A stretch of 64,000 nucleotides of DNA. Origin: Eledone cirrhosa. Lineage: Eukaryota. Positions 27,614 through 41,565 of this stretch are shown piece by piece. Made by a program: the position numbers and the translations under genes. Under the pieces are notes generated by a model. The model did no database searches, was not told the DNA's origin, and saw only the letters and a list, made by a program, of their open reading frames with translations. How positions within the stretch are numbered: the stretch's first letter is position 1; the number at the start of each line of letters is the position of its first letter. The stretch is from positions 56,420,001 to 56,484,000 of the forward strand of contig OZ024746.1 in the NCBI GenBank assembly GCA_964016885.1, read 5' to 3'.

Positions 27614-30600
27614 TTACAGATATATACTCAGAGTCGGCCCATTCACTCGGGCCATTCTTGCTTCTCTCACCCATCTTTCAACAAAATGCTGGGAAGAGAG
27701 CACTTCCTTCTCTACTCTGATTTTCCTTTTCAAATGAAATTTGAAAAAGTCAATCAGAGCATCACCGAAGAGGTAAGTGCTCGTCTTCAGCCCTTTCAAA
27801 CGTGTCCACCATACTATCTCTTTCGCCATGGCCACCAGACAGATAAAAACTGCCTGCCCTTCCCGGCTAAAGGAGGAGGGCGGGGCAATCCTCACGATAG
27901 ACTCAGATGATAGCTGGATCCGTCCTAAACGCGACAGCAGGTGTTCGACATAAACCCACAAGTCAGCAATTTTCGGACACTGGACGAGTGCGTGCAGGAC
28001 GGTTTCGTCGCCCTGCGCGCATCTCGGACATGCCCGGCTGACGGCACCTCCATGCCTGTAGAGTTTATCCCGAACTGGCAAGGCTCCTCGGTAGCACTGC
28101 CAGGCCAGAGATTTCTGGAAGTTGTCCATAGGCCCTGGCCCGAAAGTTCTTCCGAAGAGATTGGCTAGTTGATTTTCGTCGACGCCTAGAGTTTCCCCAA
28201 GTACGTCGTCGCTCTTCCCCTCCACTAATCCTCTATAGAACGCCGAGGTGGAGTTTCCACCGATCACATTGCCCGATTGGTCGAGGGCTGTGAGCGCCTG
28301 AAGACATTCCAGTCTCCAGGCGCTCCCTCTCGGTCTTCGCTTGACCCAGGACTGCAGCTCCGTCAAGGAAACGAGCTGGGGAAACACGCGTCTAGCAAAC
28401 GGCGACCACACCTGATCACCGTCGAGGAAGAGGTGGAGATGTCGTAGCCTGAGCGCGTGCCTGCGCATCATCAGCCACGGCATGCCCAGCCCTCCACGTA
28501 GCGGGTGTTGACAACAGATGGACCGCCTGACCATCGGAGCGCGTCCCTTCCACAAAAAGCGAAAGAGCAAACGCTCCAGCACAGTCAGGCGAGGCTTAGG
28601 ACAAGGTACGACGGTCAGGCGGTAGCAGATGACGGACGCGATGTACGCGTTAGCCACCTCCGCTCGACCTTTCAGGGATAGCTTCCTCTCGGCCCATTTC
28701 TGGGTGAGAGAAGCCACCCTGCTCGTCACCTCGTCCCAGTTTTTGTCCGTCTGGAGGTCCGGACCGAACCAGACCCCTAGCAATTTAACCGGTCCGTCCG
28801 TCCAGCGTCCGACGACGCTGTTGGACGGCATGGACCTGCCTCTCCAGGTGCCGAGCTGCAGGCCCACTGACTTTTCCTGGTTGATCATTGCTCCTGTCAC
28901 CGCTTCGTATTCTCTTAGTGTAGTGCCGATCGCCTCGATGTGTTTGGCGTTCGACACCACTACGGTGACATCGTCCGCATATGCTGATACGGATCTTCCG
29001 CATCCTAGTTCGCGCGGGACCCCCTCAACGTCTCCATTTTGTGCAGTAATGGCTCGAGAGTCAATACGTACAAGAGGGACGAGAGGGGACATCCTTGGCG
29101 GACCGAGCGCATGATGTTGAACGGTTCCGAAAGGTGACCGTTCACTCTCACCACAGAGCAGATGTCGCTGTGCATGGCAGCGATCCAGCCTCTGAAGACG
29201 GGCCCAAAGCCAGCCGCCCTCAGGACTGCCGCTAGGTAACGATGGTCGACCCTATCGAAAGCTTTCGACTGATCTAAATTGATCAAGGACCCACCCGTGC
29301 CAGGTTCCCTAGCTACCCTCTCTACGATGTATCGCATGAGGTGGAGGTTGTCGTGGTTGGATCTGTCGGGAATGGCGCATGTCTGCGCCTCTCCCACCAG
29401 ACAATCAACGACAAGCGCCAACCTCTTTGCTAGCACCTTGGCCAAAATCTTAAATTCTGTGTTTAGCAGAGTTATGGGCCGGAAATTTTGTATGTTATCC
29501 CCCTTGTTCGGATCCTTTCTCAGCAGTGCCACCGCTCCTCGGCTCACAGAACTGGGAATTCTCCCGTTCTGTTGCCAGTTGCAGTAGACGTCCGCCAAGA
29601 GGCCTCCGAACAAGTCTGGCATCTGTACGTAAAGTTCATAGGGCAGGCCATCCAAACCAGGCGATTTACCCCTTGTGCAGCCAGTCATTGCCTCCCTTAC
29701 TTCAGCGGCTGTTATCGGCTTTTCGCAACACTTCGCCTCAGTGGCCGAGAGCCGCGGCAGTCCGTCGAGGTAGACACTAAAGTCCATCCCTCTACCCGGC
29801 CCACCGCTGCCCCCGAACAGCTGAGCGAAGTGTCGCTGAAAAGCTTCACACATTTGCCCGGGATCGAGTAGCATGCGCCCGTCGTGGTCCACCAAAGACC
29901 GGATCGTGGCTTTGTTGCCACGACGCGCCTCCGCCACTCGGGCCCATTGAACGGCTTTCGTCCCCTCGTGTCTGAGAGCACGCACCCTTGCTCTGACAAC
30001 GCAGCCTTCGTGCTTTGCATTGAAGAATTGGTCAAGGGCCAATTTCGCCGCAAGCACGTCGGTCGCAATGCCTTTGCTAAGCGCCTCGTCTAATTTTCTA
30101 ACTAGTTCTCCCTCTGCTCTATTTTTCTCTATTGCTAAAGTCTTACTAAACCTAATGGACTCTATTCTAATTGCTCTTTTCAGAGCAAACCACCACTTGT
30201 TGTTGACGATGGCCCCCGTCAACGCCCGCTTAACTAGTTCGCTAATCCGGTCTCTGTAGGCCTTGCGCGCTGGTAAGGACGCGTTTATCTTCCAGTAGCC
30301 GGGTCCTCGTCTATGAAGCCTATCTAAGTCAAGCACACAGATCACGAATTTGTGGTCCGTGTAGCTGACTATCTTGAATTGTGGACAGCCTATGCTAGAC
30401 CTATCTATTTCCCTACAAAATACTCTATCTAGATATGATCTGGATGACCCTATGCGGTTCCAAGTCCACATTGGCACATTTGGGAAATCCAATCGGTACC
30501 TGTCAGACAGTTCAAAACGCCTGAGCAGGTTGGTGAGGCTCTTGCACCCTCCACCCCTATCCACTAATCCCACACAGTCCCAGCGTGCATCTAAGATCCC

Positions 30601-31029
30601 GTTCCAGTCGCCCACTAACACTAAAGAGCGGGACGTTCCAAGAAAGGTCTCCAGACGCCGGAAGAAATCAGGCCGCCCTGCTCCTGTCGGGGCATAGACG
30701 GCCACTAGCCTGAAAGCTTGCCCGTCTCCGCTGGTCACGTCCAGCACCACCAGCTTACCCTCTGGGTCCAGGAAGATGGCCCGTATGGCGAGATCCAAAC
30801 CTCTCCGAAAAAGCACAGCAACTCCTCCACCCGATCCAGGACGGCTGGGAGATGCGTACACATCGTAGCCGCCGAAGATCGGTGCGAAGGCCCGTGCTTC
30901 GGAGATTCTGGTCTCGCTGATGGCCACTACATCTATGTTTAGTGACCTGAGGTCGTTGAGCAGGTGACCCTGCTTCCATGACGACCCCAAGCCACGCGCA
31001 TTTATGCTGCCTATTCTGAGTGAGGTCAT
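27614..31029 (-). pseudogene. ORF2: APE endonuclease, RT, C-terminal CCHC; one frameshift near 29020
   Basis: SINARGL, ISETR, VYAP, GDWN, SYLDR, TDHK; SPGLDG, FRPITLLN, KAFDRVDH, RQGCPLS, YADD; CPRC-x8-H-x4-C. Confidence 0.93.
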
Positions 31030-31064
31030 GTTTAAAATAGAGTGGAAAAGATGGGAACGACCAC

Positions 31065-33159
31065 TTACCGTACTTTTGGTAGAGGAGGGATGGTTTTTAC
31101 ATCCCTTTTCACTTGATCGTCTGGTGAAGGGACCGTTGAATCGTCCCTTCGGCTGGTCGTCGGCTCTTTTAAGAGAATGTCTGAATATACTCTTCGATTG
31201 ATGGTTCCTCCTAGGTCCCTGAAATCACCAACTGCGTTGGGGAATTTCGTTTTAATGTTTGTGTATTGTTTCTGTGCTATTTTTAGCAGTCTTATGTTAG
31301 TTGGCGTTTTGATTGGTGCTGGTATTATGTAGTCCTGTTGTGAAATGTCTGTGTGTTCAATTATGTATGTCATTAGTTTCTTGTTGTGTGTGTTTATTGC
31401 CGTGCATTTGTTTTTCTGGGGGTGGGGTGTGGTTCTGCTATTTTCTTGTCGTTGTTGCTGGGTGTGTGTGTTTTGTTGTTTTGTTTGCGATGTTGGTGCT
31501 TATGGTGGTGGTGTTGAAGGTGTTGTTGGCGGTGTGGTTGTCGTCGGTGGTGATGGTGGTGCTGGTGTGGGTGGTGATGGTGTTGGTGGTGTTGCTGCTG
31601 TGGGTCTCTTTGCAGTAGACTTTACCCTTTTCTCATTTCTTTCCTCCCTTTTCAAAGGTGACGATGCGCTGCTTCTGCGTTTGTGCCTTCTTGCGACCTT
31701 TTGCCATCCCTCTCCCACCTCACACTCATGTCTGATTCTGTGAGGTCGGGGAGAGGTACCAGCTACACTCTTTCACTTGTTGTTGTTGGTGATGTTTGCA
31801 CCGGTGTCTCTGTTGCAGCTGCATTTAGTATTGCTGTTGTTGTTGTTAATGTTTCCACTGCTGCTGCTGTTTTTGATTTCCGTGGAGTGGGTATGGGTGC
31901 CACGGGCCTATCGTTCCTGGTTGCCGTTTGTCCTGTTGCTGGTAGCCGTGGAGCCGGATTCGGAAGGAGGGGGGTTTTCTCCTTTCTCAGGGTCTTCTCG
32001 TTGCAGAAGGCCTGAGGTGAGTCTTCGATCCACAGCGAAAGCATTTCGGGCGTTTACCCTCAACACTTATGGGCAGTTGAGTGCCGTTATCGAAGTCTAT
32101 CACATCCGGGATAGCTTCGATGCACTCCTGGTTGGTTTGGATTAGCATCTCAATGGAGGAGCCGACCCAATCTTCTCTTACTTTTTTCTGTACTTGCAGT
32201 ACATTTGTTTTGTCCTCGATTCCGACGAGGACAGACGCGGCCAGCCAAGAAGGGGTCATTCCGGGGGGGACGTGGGTCAGTTTGACCCTCACAATTTTTT
32301 GCCCGCAGTAGGAGGGCACCAACACCATTTCCTCGCTCCTTAGGGTCACTACTGATTGGGCCTTTGCCTCCTGGGGTGTGGCAAAAAGTACGTCTACAGT
32401 GGCATATTTTTTGCCTCGGGTGATGTGCGTTTTCCGCTGCCACACAGACCCCAAGGCTTTTTGTATTTGGGCCTCTGTGGCTCTTTCCACCCTACGGGAT
32501 TTTGTACTTACTGTACGGTACGTGACCGTACAGTGCTCTTGGGTTTCGAAAAATTTTTCCGCTGCTTTGCAGATTGCTCGGTGTCCGTTCTTTGTCACCA
32601 TCTTCTTCGCTTCCTCTAATTCCTCATTTGTTATGAGGATTGTTTCCAAGTTTTTCGCAATACCTGCAAATGAGATTGGTTTTTCTCTGCTGTTGTTGTT
32701 GTCGTCAGAGCTGCTGGTACTTTTGTTGTTGCTGCAGGTACTACGACTACTGCCTCCGCCGCTGTTGCTGTGGTTGTTGTTGGTGTTGCTGCTGCTAATG
32801 CTGTTGTTGTTTATGCTGCTGGTGATGCTGTTGCGGCTGCTACTGTTGTTTTCATTGTCACTGTTGCTGTTGTTATTACGGCTGCTACTGCTATTATTCC
32901 TGACGTCAGACGAATGAACTGGGTTTTCGTATTTCCCGCACACCTGTTTCGTCGCTGTCGTCGTCGTCGTGGAGAAACCTTGCACGCTTTGCACGAGACT
33001 TTTCTTTTCTTTCGTCACTTGCGAAAGAGAAGGGAGGGAGAGAGACACATTTAAAGAAGGGAGGGAGAGAGACAATCTTCTCTCTGCTGTAGTGATGATT
33101 GAGAAAGAAGAAGACGGAATGAGTGGGAGTGACGTATGAAATTTCTTTTTCGTAGCCAT
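31065..33159 (-). pseudogene. ORF1 (gag-like, zinc knuckle) with two 1-nt frameshifts
   Basis: Pieces match the intact 692-aa ORF1 at 45499-47577; single-base losses near 32011 and 31727. Confidence 0.88.
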
Positions 33160-33397
33160 GTTGTTTTTTTGTTTAAAATGAAATTTTGGGTACAAAACCC
33201 CAATAACTGGTTATTTAACCCCGAAGGGCCAAATAACGGACAGAAAGACCCCTCTCACGAGGAGGAGGGTGTCTTTATCAACAATTTGGTTCAAGTTTTA
33301 AACAGTTTACAATTGTTTTAACGGTTAAAAATTACTATACCTTACAGAGCCGAGCCTCCGTCAACCATGGCATTCAATAATAATAATAATAATAATA

Positions 33398-35925
33398 CAG
33401 GGACCTGGCTGTCAACCAAATACTGCTGGTGTCGGAGGAAGAAGAAGGAAAGGGACCAGAACCAACTGGACGAAAGAATTGGAATAGAACTGTTACGCAA
33501 TGTTACCTGAAGTATAACCCCAGGGAGAAAGGCTATAGGAAAAGGATGCATAACATCTGGAACGAGATTGGTCCATTTAAATTAGATGAACAAAAACTGG
33601 CCGAGCAGGCTCGGGTAATAAGAACTAATGGGTGGATAAGCGAGCTGGAACTGGAGGAACTGAGCAGAGAGATTAGCTTGGAGATGGAGCGTGGAGTATG
33701 CCAGGCAAACGAGCCAGTGGGAAATGAAGGTGAAGAGGTCGAGAGAACGGAGGAACCACCCGAAACAGACAATGATCTGAATACTGAGATAAATAATACC
33801 TGGAACAGAGATACGGCCACTGAGGAGATGAATGCTGACGGGCTAGGACAAGATTTGGTAGATATCCTAAACTTAGATAGTGGGAGAGCTATGAACCTAA
33901 GATTTGTAGACAGGAAAAAGTTAAAAGATACAACAGCTAAGGTAAACCAAGTCATCCCATACCTTGAGGCGAGAAGATTCACCAGTGCAACAATATCCTC
34001 AAAGCAACAGCAAATACGGTGACGAAACAACTTGGTATAAAAGCGAGAGGAAACAACAGACAAGAAAGAGCAGAGCGTTGGTGGAAGAAACGACTGAGTC
34101 GTCAAATCAGGGGAATGAGAAATGACATTGGAAAGCTTGAGTCCCTACTGAATGGGACACTAAAAAACATAAAAACTAAAAATAGACTGGAAATAAAGTA
34201 CACAACTAGGAGGAAAAAGCTAAATATGATCATAGAGGAACTGAAGCAACGCATTGTAGCAAAGAGTGCAAAAATCAGGCGATACGAGAACAGAGTCAGC
34301 CAGTATAGACAGAACCGCATGTTCGACAACAACCAGAAGATGCGTTTTGGACAGCTTGATGGGAAAGAAAGAGGCAACGACTTGATCCCTGAGGGGGAAC
34401 AAACTAAAATATTCTGGAGAGGAATATGGGAGCAGGATGTTAAACATAATGACCAGGCAGTGTGGATTGAGACAGTACAGAAGAAGATCAGTGAAGAGGC
34501 ACACCAACAAACTGATTTGAGTATCACAGTTGAAACTCTTAAGGGGCAGGCCAAAGAACTAACCAACTGGAAATCACCTGGCCCAGATGGTGTGCAGGGG
34601 TAATGGATTAAAAACATAACATCCCACCACCCGAAACTGACAACCATGTTCAATGACTGCTTGATGTCAGGTGAGGTACCAGAGTGGTTGACAAAAGGTA
34701 CCACAGTTCTGATAATGAAAGACCGAATCAAGGGTAATGATGTTACCAACTGTAGACCTATCACATGTCTGTCCGTAATGTGGAAACTGTTGACAAGCAT
34801 TATGTCTGAGAAAATCTACCATCACCTCCACACAAACAACTTGTTACCGGACGAACAGAAAGGATGCCGAAAGAAGTCACGTGGTACAAAGGACCAGTTA
34901 CTTATTGATAAGATGGTAATGAGGAATTGCAGGAGGAGACACACTGGTCTTGCCATGGGATGGAAAGACTACAAAAAGGCATTTGACATGGTGCCTCATT
35001 CTTGGATCACCAAAAGCCTTGAGATCTTCAAGGTGGCAGATAACATCAGACAGTTGTGGGCAAAAGTATAAAGTCCTGGAAAACAGAGTTAACATCAACT
35101 GGAGAATCCTTGGGAAGCGTGAAGATCAAGAGAGGTATCTTCCAGGGAAATAGTCTGTCCCCTCTGTTGTTTGTCCTTGCCCTGATGCTCCTGACCAGTG
35201 TACTGCGAGAAGTGAGAGCAGGATACAGGTTGGGAAAGGGAGGGCTTACCATCAATCACCTCCTCTTCATGGACGATTTTAAGCTCTTCGGGAAGAGTGA
35301 GTAGGAGTTGGATGTGCTTGTTGACACTGTCCCTATTTTCAGCTATGATATATGTATGCAATTTGGTATTAGTAAGTGTGGAGTCATTGTGATGAGGAGG
35401 GGTAAGTTGAGCAGAAGTAACGGAATCCAGATACCAACAGGTGAGATTATAAAGGAAATTGACTCTGAGGAAGGATACAAGTATTTGGGCGTTCTGGAGG
35501 CTGATGACATCAAGAACAAAAAAATGAAGGGATAAGAACTGAATACATTCGGAGTGTAAGGAGCGTATTGAAGTCACATCTGAACAGCAGAAATGCCATA
35601 AGCGCAGTAAATTCCGCAGCTGTGTCTATTATTAGGTACAGTGCGGGAATTCTGAGATGGAATGTTGCTGAACAAAAAGAAATGGATAGGAAGACTAGGA
35701 AGCTATTGACTATCTACAATATGTTCCACAAGAGGAGTGATGTCGATCGACTCTACGTAGGGAGATCTGAAGGTGGAAGAGGTCTTATCAGCATAGAGGA
35801 CTGTGTTCAGATGGAGAAAAACAACCTACACAAATACGTGACTGATAGTAAGGAGCCAATGCTCAGAACTGTACTGAAGGAGGGGACAATAGACCAGGGG
35901 ATGTCCAAGGAGGAAATAACATCAA
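33398..35925 (+). mobile_element. R4/Dong family 1 copy 2, truncated at both ends and degenerate
   Basis: Colinear with about 23890-26447; multiple stops and frameshifts; ends at 'gaaataacatca' running into (TAA)n. Confidence 0.92.
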
Positions 35926-36193
35926 TAATAATAATAATAATGATTTCATTTATTGGCCACAAGGGCCGACATATAGGGGACAACACAATAGACAGGGACA
36001 GTGGGGGTTTACATAGAGATCGAGTAAGTATAAATAACAAAAAACAAAATAACAATAAAAATACAACAATGAAAGTTCCCCAATAAGAGGGATCACCACC
36101 CAGGGTTGACTCAAGCACCCCACCAGTCCTGAGCCACCCGAGGCTCCTAGGGCACCCGGGAACGGCACCCCTCTCCTTCTCGAATTCACCAGC

Positions 36194-39100
36194 CTACAGG
36201 CGCATGATCAGAGTAGGCCCACTCACGCGGGCCATTCTCGCCACATTCACCCACCTTTCAGTAAATGTACTGGGGGGCAGCACTTCTCTCTCCACCCTCA
36301 CCTTCCTTTCCAAGTGAAACTTGAAGAAGTTGATGAGGGATTGGCCGAAGAGAAAAGTGTCTGTCTTCAGTCCTTTCAACCTGGTCCACCATGCAACCTC
36401 TTTCGCTACTGCCACCAGGCAGAGGAAAATTGCCTGCCCTTCCTGGCCAAAAGAAGGCGGCGGGTCAATCTTCACTATGGACTCGGACGATAGCCGGATC
36501 CGTTCTACACGCGACAATAACTGTTCGACATAACCCCACAAGTCAGCAATGCACGGACACTGGACGAGTGCGTGCAGAACGGTTTCGTCGCTCTGCGCGC
36601 ATCTCGGGCAGGTTCGTCTGACAGCATTTCCGTGCATGTAGAGTTTATCCCGAACCGGCAGCGCCCCCCGGTAGCACTGCCAAGCGAGGGATTTCTGGAA
36701 GTTATCCATCGTCCCCGGCTCGAAAGTCCTCCGGAACATACTGGTCAGTTCTACTTCGTTGACGCCTAGAGCCTCTCCTAGTACGTCATCGTACTTGCCC
36801 TCCACTAATCCTCTATAGAAATCTTGAGTGGAAGTTCCACTGACCGCCTTGCCCACCTTGCAGAGTGCAGTGAGCGCCTGGCAACATTCCAGATGCCAGT
36901 AGCCCAGTCTCGGTCTCTTTTTGACCCAGGACTGCAGCTCAGTCAAAGAGATGAGCTGCGGAAAGGCCCGTCTAACAAACGGCGACCACACCTGTTCACC
37001 GTTTAGGCAAAATATCTGGAGATGTCGCAGCCTCAGCGCATGTCTGCGCATCATTAGCCACGGCATGCCCAGCCCTCCACGAAGAGGGTGCTGGCAGCAG
37101 ATGGACCGCCTCACCAACGGGACCCGTCCCCTCCACAAAAATTTGAAAAGGAGCCGTTCCAAATTGGCGAGGCGTGGACGGGGGCAAGGCACAACGGTCA
37201 GGCGGTAGTAGATGACGGACGCGATGTACGCGTTCGCCACCTCCGCCCGCCCTTTCAGTGATAGCTTTCTCTCAGCCCATTTCTGGGTGAGGTTGGCTAT
37301 CCTGCTCGTCACCTCGTCCCAATTCTTATCCACCTGGAGGTCTGGTCCGAACCAAACCCCGAGCAACTTTACCGGTCCGTCTGTCCAGCGCCCAACGACG
37401 CTGTTGGACGGCATGGACTTGCCTCTCCAGGTGCCGAGCTGCAAGCCCACCGACTTTTCCGGGTTAAGTTTTGCTCCCGTCAACCTTTCATATTCCTCCA
37501 AATGGGTGCGGATCACCTCGATTTCCGAGGTGTCCGACACCATCACAGTGATGTCGTCCGCATAAGCGGACGCAGCCTTTCTACGTCCCGGTTCGAGGGG
37601 GATGCCCTGCAACAACTCCAGCTTCCGCAGTAGAGGCTCAAGAGTCAATACGTACAGAAGTGAGGAGAGAGGGCACCCTTGACGGACCGATCGAGAGATC
37701 TGAAACGGTTCCGAGAGGTGGCCATTAACTTTGACCACCGAGCAGATGCCGCTGTACATTGCAGCGATCCAGCTTCTGAAGACGGGGCCGAAGCCAGCCG
37801 CCTCGAGGACAGCCTCCAAGTACCGATGGTCGACCCTATCGAATGCTTTCGATTGATCTAAATTGATCAGAGCCCCACCGAAGCCAGGTTTGCACCTAAC
37901 CCTCTCTATGATGTATCGCATGAGGTGGAGGTTGTCGTGTATGGACCTGGTCGGGATTGCGCAAGTTTGCGCCTCCCCAACCAAATCTTTGAGGACAAGC
38001 GCCAACCTTTTCGCTAACACCTTGGCCAAAATCTTAAACTCTGTGTTGAGCAGGGTTATGGGCCTGAAATTATCTAGTGTGTCCCTCTTGTTCTCGTCTT
38101 TCCTTATCAGCGTCACTACGCCACGGCTCACGGAACTGGGAATGCTCCCGTTCTGCTGCCAGTTGCAGTAGAGCGCTTCGAGGAGATCGGAGAACAAGTC
38201 TGGCATATTTACGTAAAGCTCGTAGGGCAGACCATCCAAACCGGGTGACTTGCAACTCGAGCAGCCGACAAGGGCGTCCTGAATTTCGACTGATGTTATC
38301 GGCTCTTCGCAGCGCTCAGCGTCGGTCGTCGAGAGGCGTGGCAAGCCGTCGAGGTAGGGACTGAAGTCCGCCGCCGTCTCCGACTCACCCATCCTCCCGA
38401 ACAATCGAGCAAAGTGCTGGCGAAAGGCCTCACACATCTGCTTGGAATCGCTCAGTTCGTGTCCATCTCGATCCGTCAAAGACCGAATTGTGGTTTTATT
38501 TCCACGCTGCGTCTCTGCAAAGGGAGCCCATCGGGCAGCTTTGGTTCCCTCGTTCCTCAGAGCACGCGCCTTAGCTCTGACAATGCAACCTTCGTGTTTC
38601 GCATTGAAGAAATGGTCTAGTGCCATTCTCGCCGCTAGCACGTCTGTTGCAATGCCACTACAAATAGCCTCGTCTAACTTAGCTATCAGCCCCTCCTCCT
38701 TTCTATTTTTCTCTATTGCTACTTCTTTGCTAAATCCTATCGAGGTTGCTCTAATCTCTCTTTTGAGAGCCCCCCACCACCTGTTGTTGACAACCCCCCC
38801 TGTCAACTTTTGCTTAACTAAGTTGTTGACCCGGTCCCTGTAAGCTTTACGTGCCGGAAACGACATGTTTAGCTTCCAGTAGCTAGGTCCTAACCTACGT
38901 GTCTTATCTAGGTCGACCATACAGATCACAAGCTTGTGATCTGAATAGGCGACCGTTTTAAAATGTGGACATCCTACACCATTTCTATCTCTTTTCCTAA
39001 TGAAAATCCTATCTATGTACGATGACATATCCTATCTAGATGACCCTATGCGATTGGTCCAGGTCCATACTGGCGCATTAGGGAAATCTAGTCGGTACCT

Positions 39101-39625
39101 GTCAGACAGTTGAAACTGGCTGATCAGGTACTTGAGGCTTTTGCACCCCCCGCCCCTATCAGATACTCCCACACAATCCCAGCGTGCTTCTAAGATGCCA
39201 TTCCAATCCCCTATTAACAGTAAAGGGCGAGACGTAAGCAGAATGTTTTCCAGGCGCCTAAAGAAGTCCGGCCGACCGGCCCCAGTAGGGGCGTAGACGG
39301 CCACCAGTCTAAAGGCACCACCTTCGCTATTGCTCAGGTCCAGGACCACCAACTTTCCGTCAGAATCCCGGAAGATTGACCTTACCTCGAGATCCAGACA
39401 TTTCCTAAACAGCACAGCCACTCCACCTCCCATTCCCGGCAGACTAACAGATGCAAAGATCTGATAATCGTCGAAAATCGGCGCCAGTGCGCGTGTGTCG
39501 GAAATTCTGGTCTCGCTGATGGCAATTACATCCATTCCTAGTGACCTGAGGTCGTTGAGCAAGTGACCTTGCTTCCAGGGCGACCCCAGGCCACGAACAT
39601 TTAAACTTCCTACTCTTATGGCCAT
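36194..39625 (-). pseudogene. ORF2 (APE-RT-CCHC), one frame, interrupted only by a TAG in an apparent 12-nt insertion (about 39020-39031)
   Basis: ORFs 39032-39625 and 36194-39028; reads SSR*DMSSYIDR where family A reads SSRSYLDR; YADD intact. Confidence 0.92.
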
Positions 39626-39654
39626 GCTGGCAGGATGAATGGGAGAGGAAAGGT

Positions 39655-41565
39655 TTACTTACCTTCCGGGGTCTTGTGAAGGTCGGGTGGTTCGACCTCC
39701 ATGGTTTGTGGGGTTTCTTTTGGGAACCCCTTTAATAGTCTTGAGGTGGGTTTTACGTTCGGGGTTCCCAGATCCCGAGGAAAGCTCTTTCGAATTTCTT
39801 TGTATGAGGCGAGCGACATTCGCATCAGAAGCAAATTATCTGGTACGCGAAATGTGCTCGCTTCAAATGTTTCCCCCTCTTTTTCGATGTTTGTGCTTCG
39901 TGCTACATGGGCCATCAATTCCTTGTTGGCCCTTCTGGCAAGCACGAAGTTTTTAATGTTTTGTTGCTCGGGTTTTATTTGTTCATGTGATTGTGGTGGT
40001 GATAGCTTTGTTAGTGTTGTTTCTATTGTGTCTGCGTTTGTTGTGGGTGGGGTGTCTGTAGTTTCTGATGTTTGTGTGTCTATTTGTTCTTGTGTCTGTT
40101 TAGCTTGTTTGCGTTTGGGGGATTTTGGTGGTTGTGTTGGTGATGCTGTGGGGAAAATGTTTGTGTGGGTGGTGTGTGTATTTTTTTTTGTCGGGGTGTT
40201 TGTGCTTTGTGGATTTCTTTTTTTTTTTGTGTTTTGTTTTTTGTATTTTGGGGGACTTTGGTTTTCCCTCATCTTCACTGCTGGAGGATGAGGGGTCTGT
40301 GGCTGTGAGCGTGTTTGTGTCTGAGTGAGTGTTTATGTTCTTGTTCGTGTGTGTATTTTTGGGGGGAGGGGGAATGGGAGAGCTTTCCTCGTTTCCCCCC
40401 TGGGTGTGCAATTTTGGTGGTTCCATTGTTGACGGTGTTGCTGGTGGTCCTTGTCCCGGCGTCGCCAGCAGTGGATTCTTTCGACCCCTTGCGCTTTTCG
40501 GCAGTTGAGGGCAGAAGGCTCGCAAGTGTGTCGTTTCCCCACAAAGGAAACAATGCGGCCTTTTGCCCTCAGTCATTATATGCAACACCCTCCCGTTTTG
40601 GAGGCGGATGTGGTCCGGGATTGCTTTTACGTTTTCGGGTCTGATTTGGAGCAGTATCTCCAGATCAACCCCGGACCAGTCGTCCCTGGCAGTTCTCGTT
40701 GCCTCTACCGGGACTGTATCCGTTCCTTCCACGATTACGCAACCCAGGAGCCACCACATATCAAGTCCTGGTGGAATCCTGGGAATGCGCACACGTGCTA
40801 TTCGTTTTCCCATGTGGGAGGGGTACATTATGACCTTGCTGGTTTTGCAAGAGGTCATTGAATGCTTCACAGCGAGGGCTTCAGACTTGAACAGCACCGA
40901 AACGGTGCCGTATTGCCTGCCCCTCTCTATGAAGTCTGTGTCCTCTCTGATGTATTTCAGTGCGGCTTCTATATCAGCTTGGGCGATTATCGCTGCCCTC
41001 TTTGTCTCTACTGAGATGCATCTGAAATGCACCGTTCTTTTTTCCACTGCCTCAATGGCTTCTGCCGGGACAGTTAAGTTTGCCCAGGTCTGCTCTTGAT
41101 TTAGGATTTTCCAGGCCTGGGCCAACTTTTCCTCTCTGTTGGTTTAGTCGATGCTGTAGCATGGTCTCCTTTTAGCCGCTGCCACAGCAGCGAAGGTGTT
41201 CTTGTTGGTGTTGTCACTGTTGTTGTTCTTGTTGGTGTTGCTGCTGCTATTGCTGTTGTTGTTCTCCCCTGTGTCGTGGTTACCCTCTGTGCTGTTGGCC
41301 TTGTTGGTGCTTCTGCTGTCGCTACTATTACTCTCTGTGCTGTCGTTTTGTTGGTGCTCTCGCTATTACCACCTTCTGCGCTGTTCGGCTTGTTGGTGTT
41401 GGTGTTGTCGCTGTTACCACCTTCCGCACCGCTCGGCCCGTTGGTGCTGGCACTGTCGCTGCTCACACTCGTGCTGGTGGCGCTCCTCGCCCCACCTCTC
41501 CACTCAACGCTCAAGTCGCCGTTGCACGACAGCAGACCCGCCTCTAGGGGGCGTGGCTCTGGCAT
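39655..41565 (-). pseudogene. ORF1 family B (zinc knuckle CFLCGETTHLRAFC) in three frames
   Basis: ORFs 41101-41565, 40100-41125 and 39655-40278 overlap successively. Confidence 0.8.

Larger units (their letters stand above)
27348..33375 (-). mobile_element. Full-length Tx1/L1-clade retrotransposon, family A copy 1
   Basis: 5' UTR, ORF1, ORF2, 3' UTR with AATAAA (27355-27360, - strand); (TTA)n on both sides. Confidence 0.93.
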
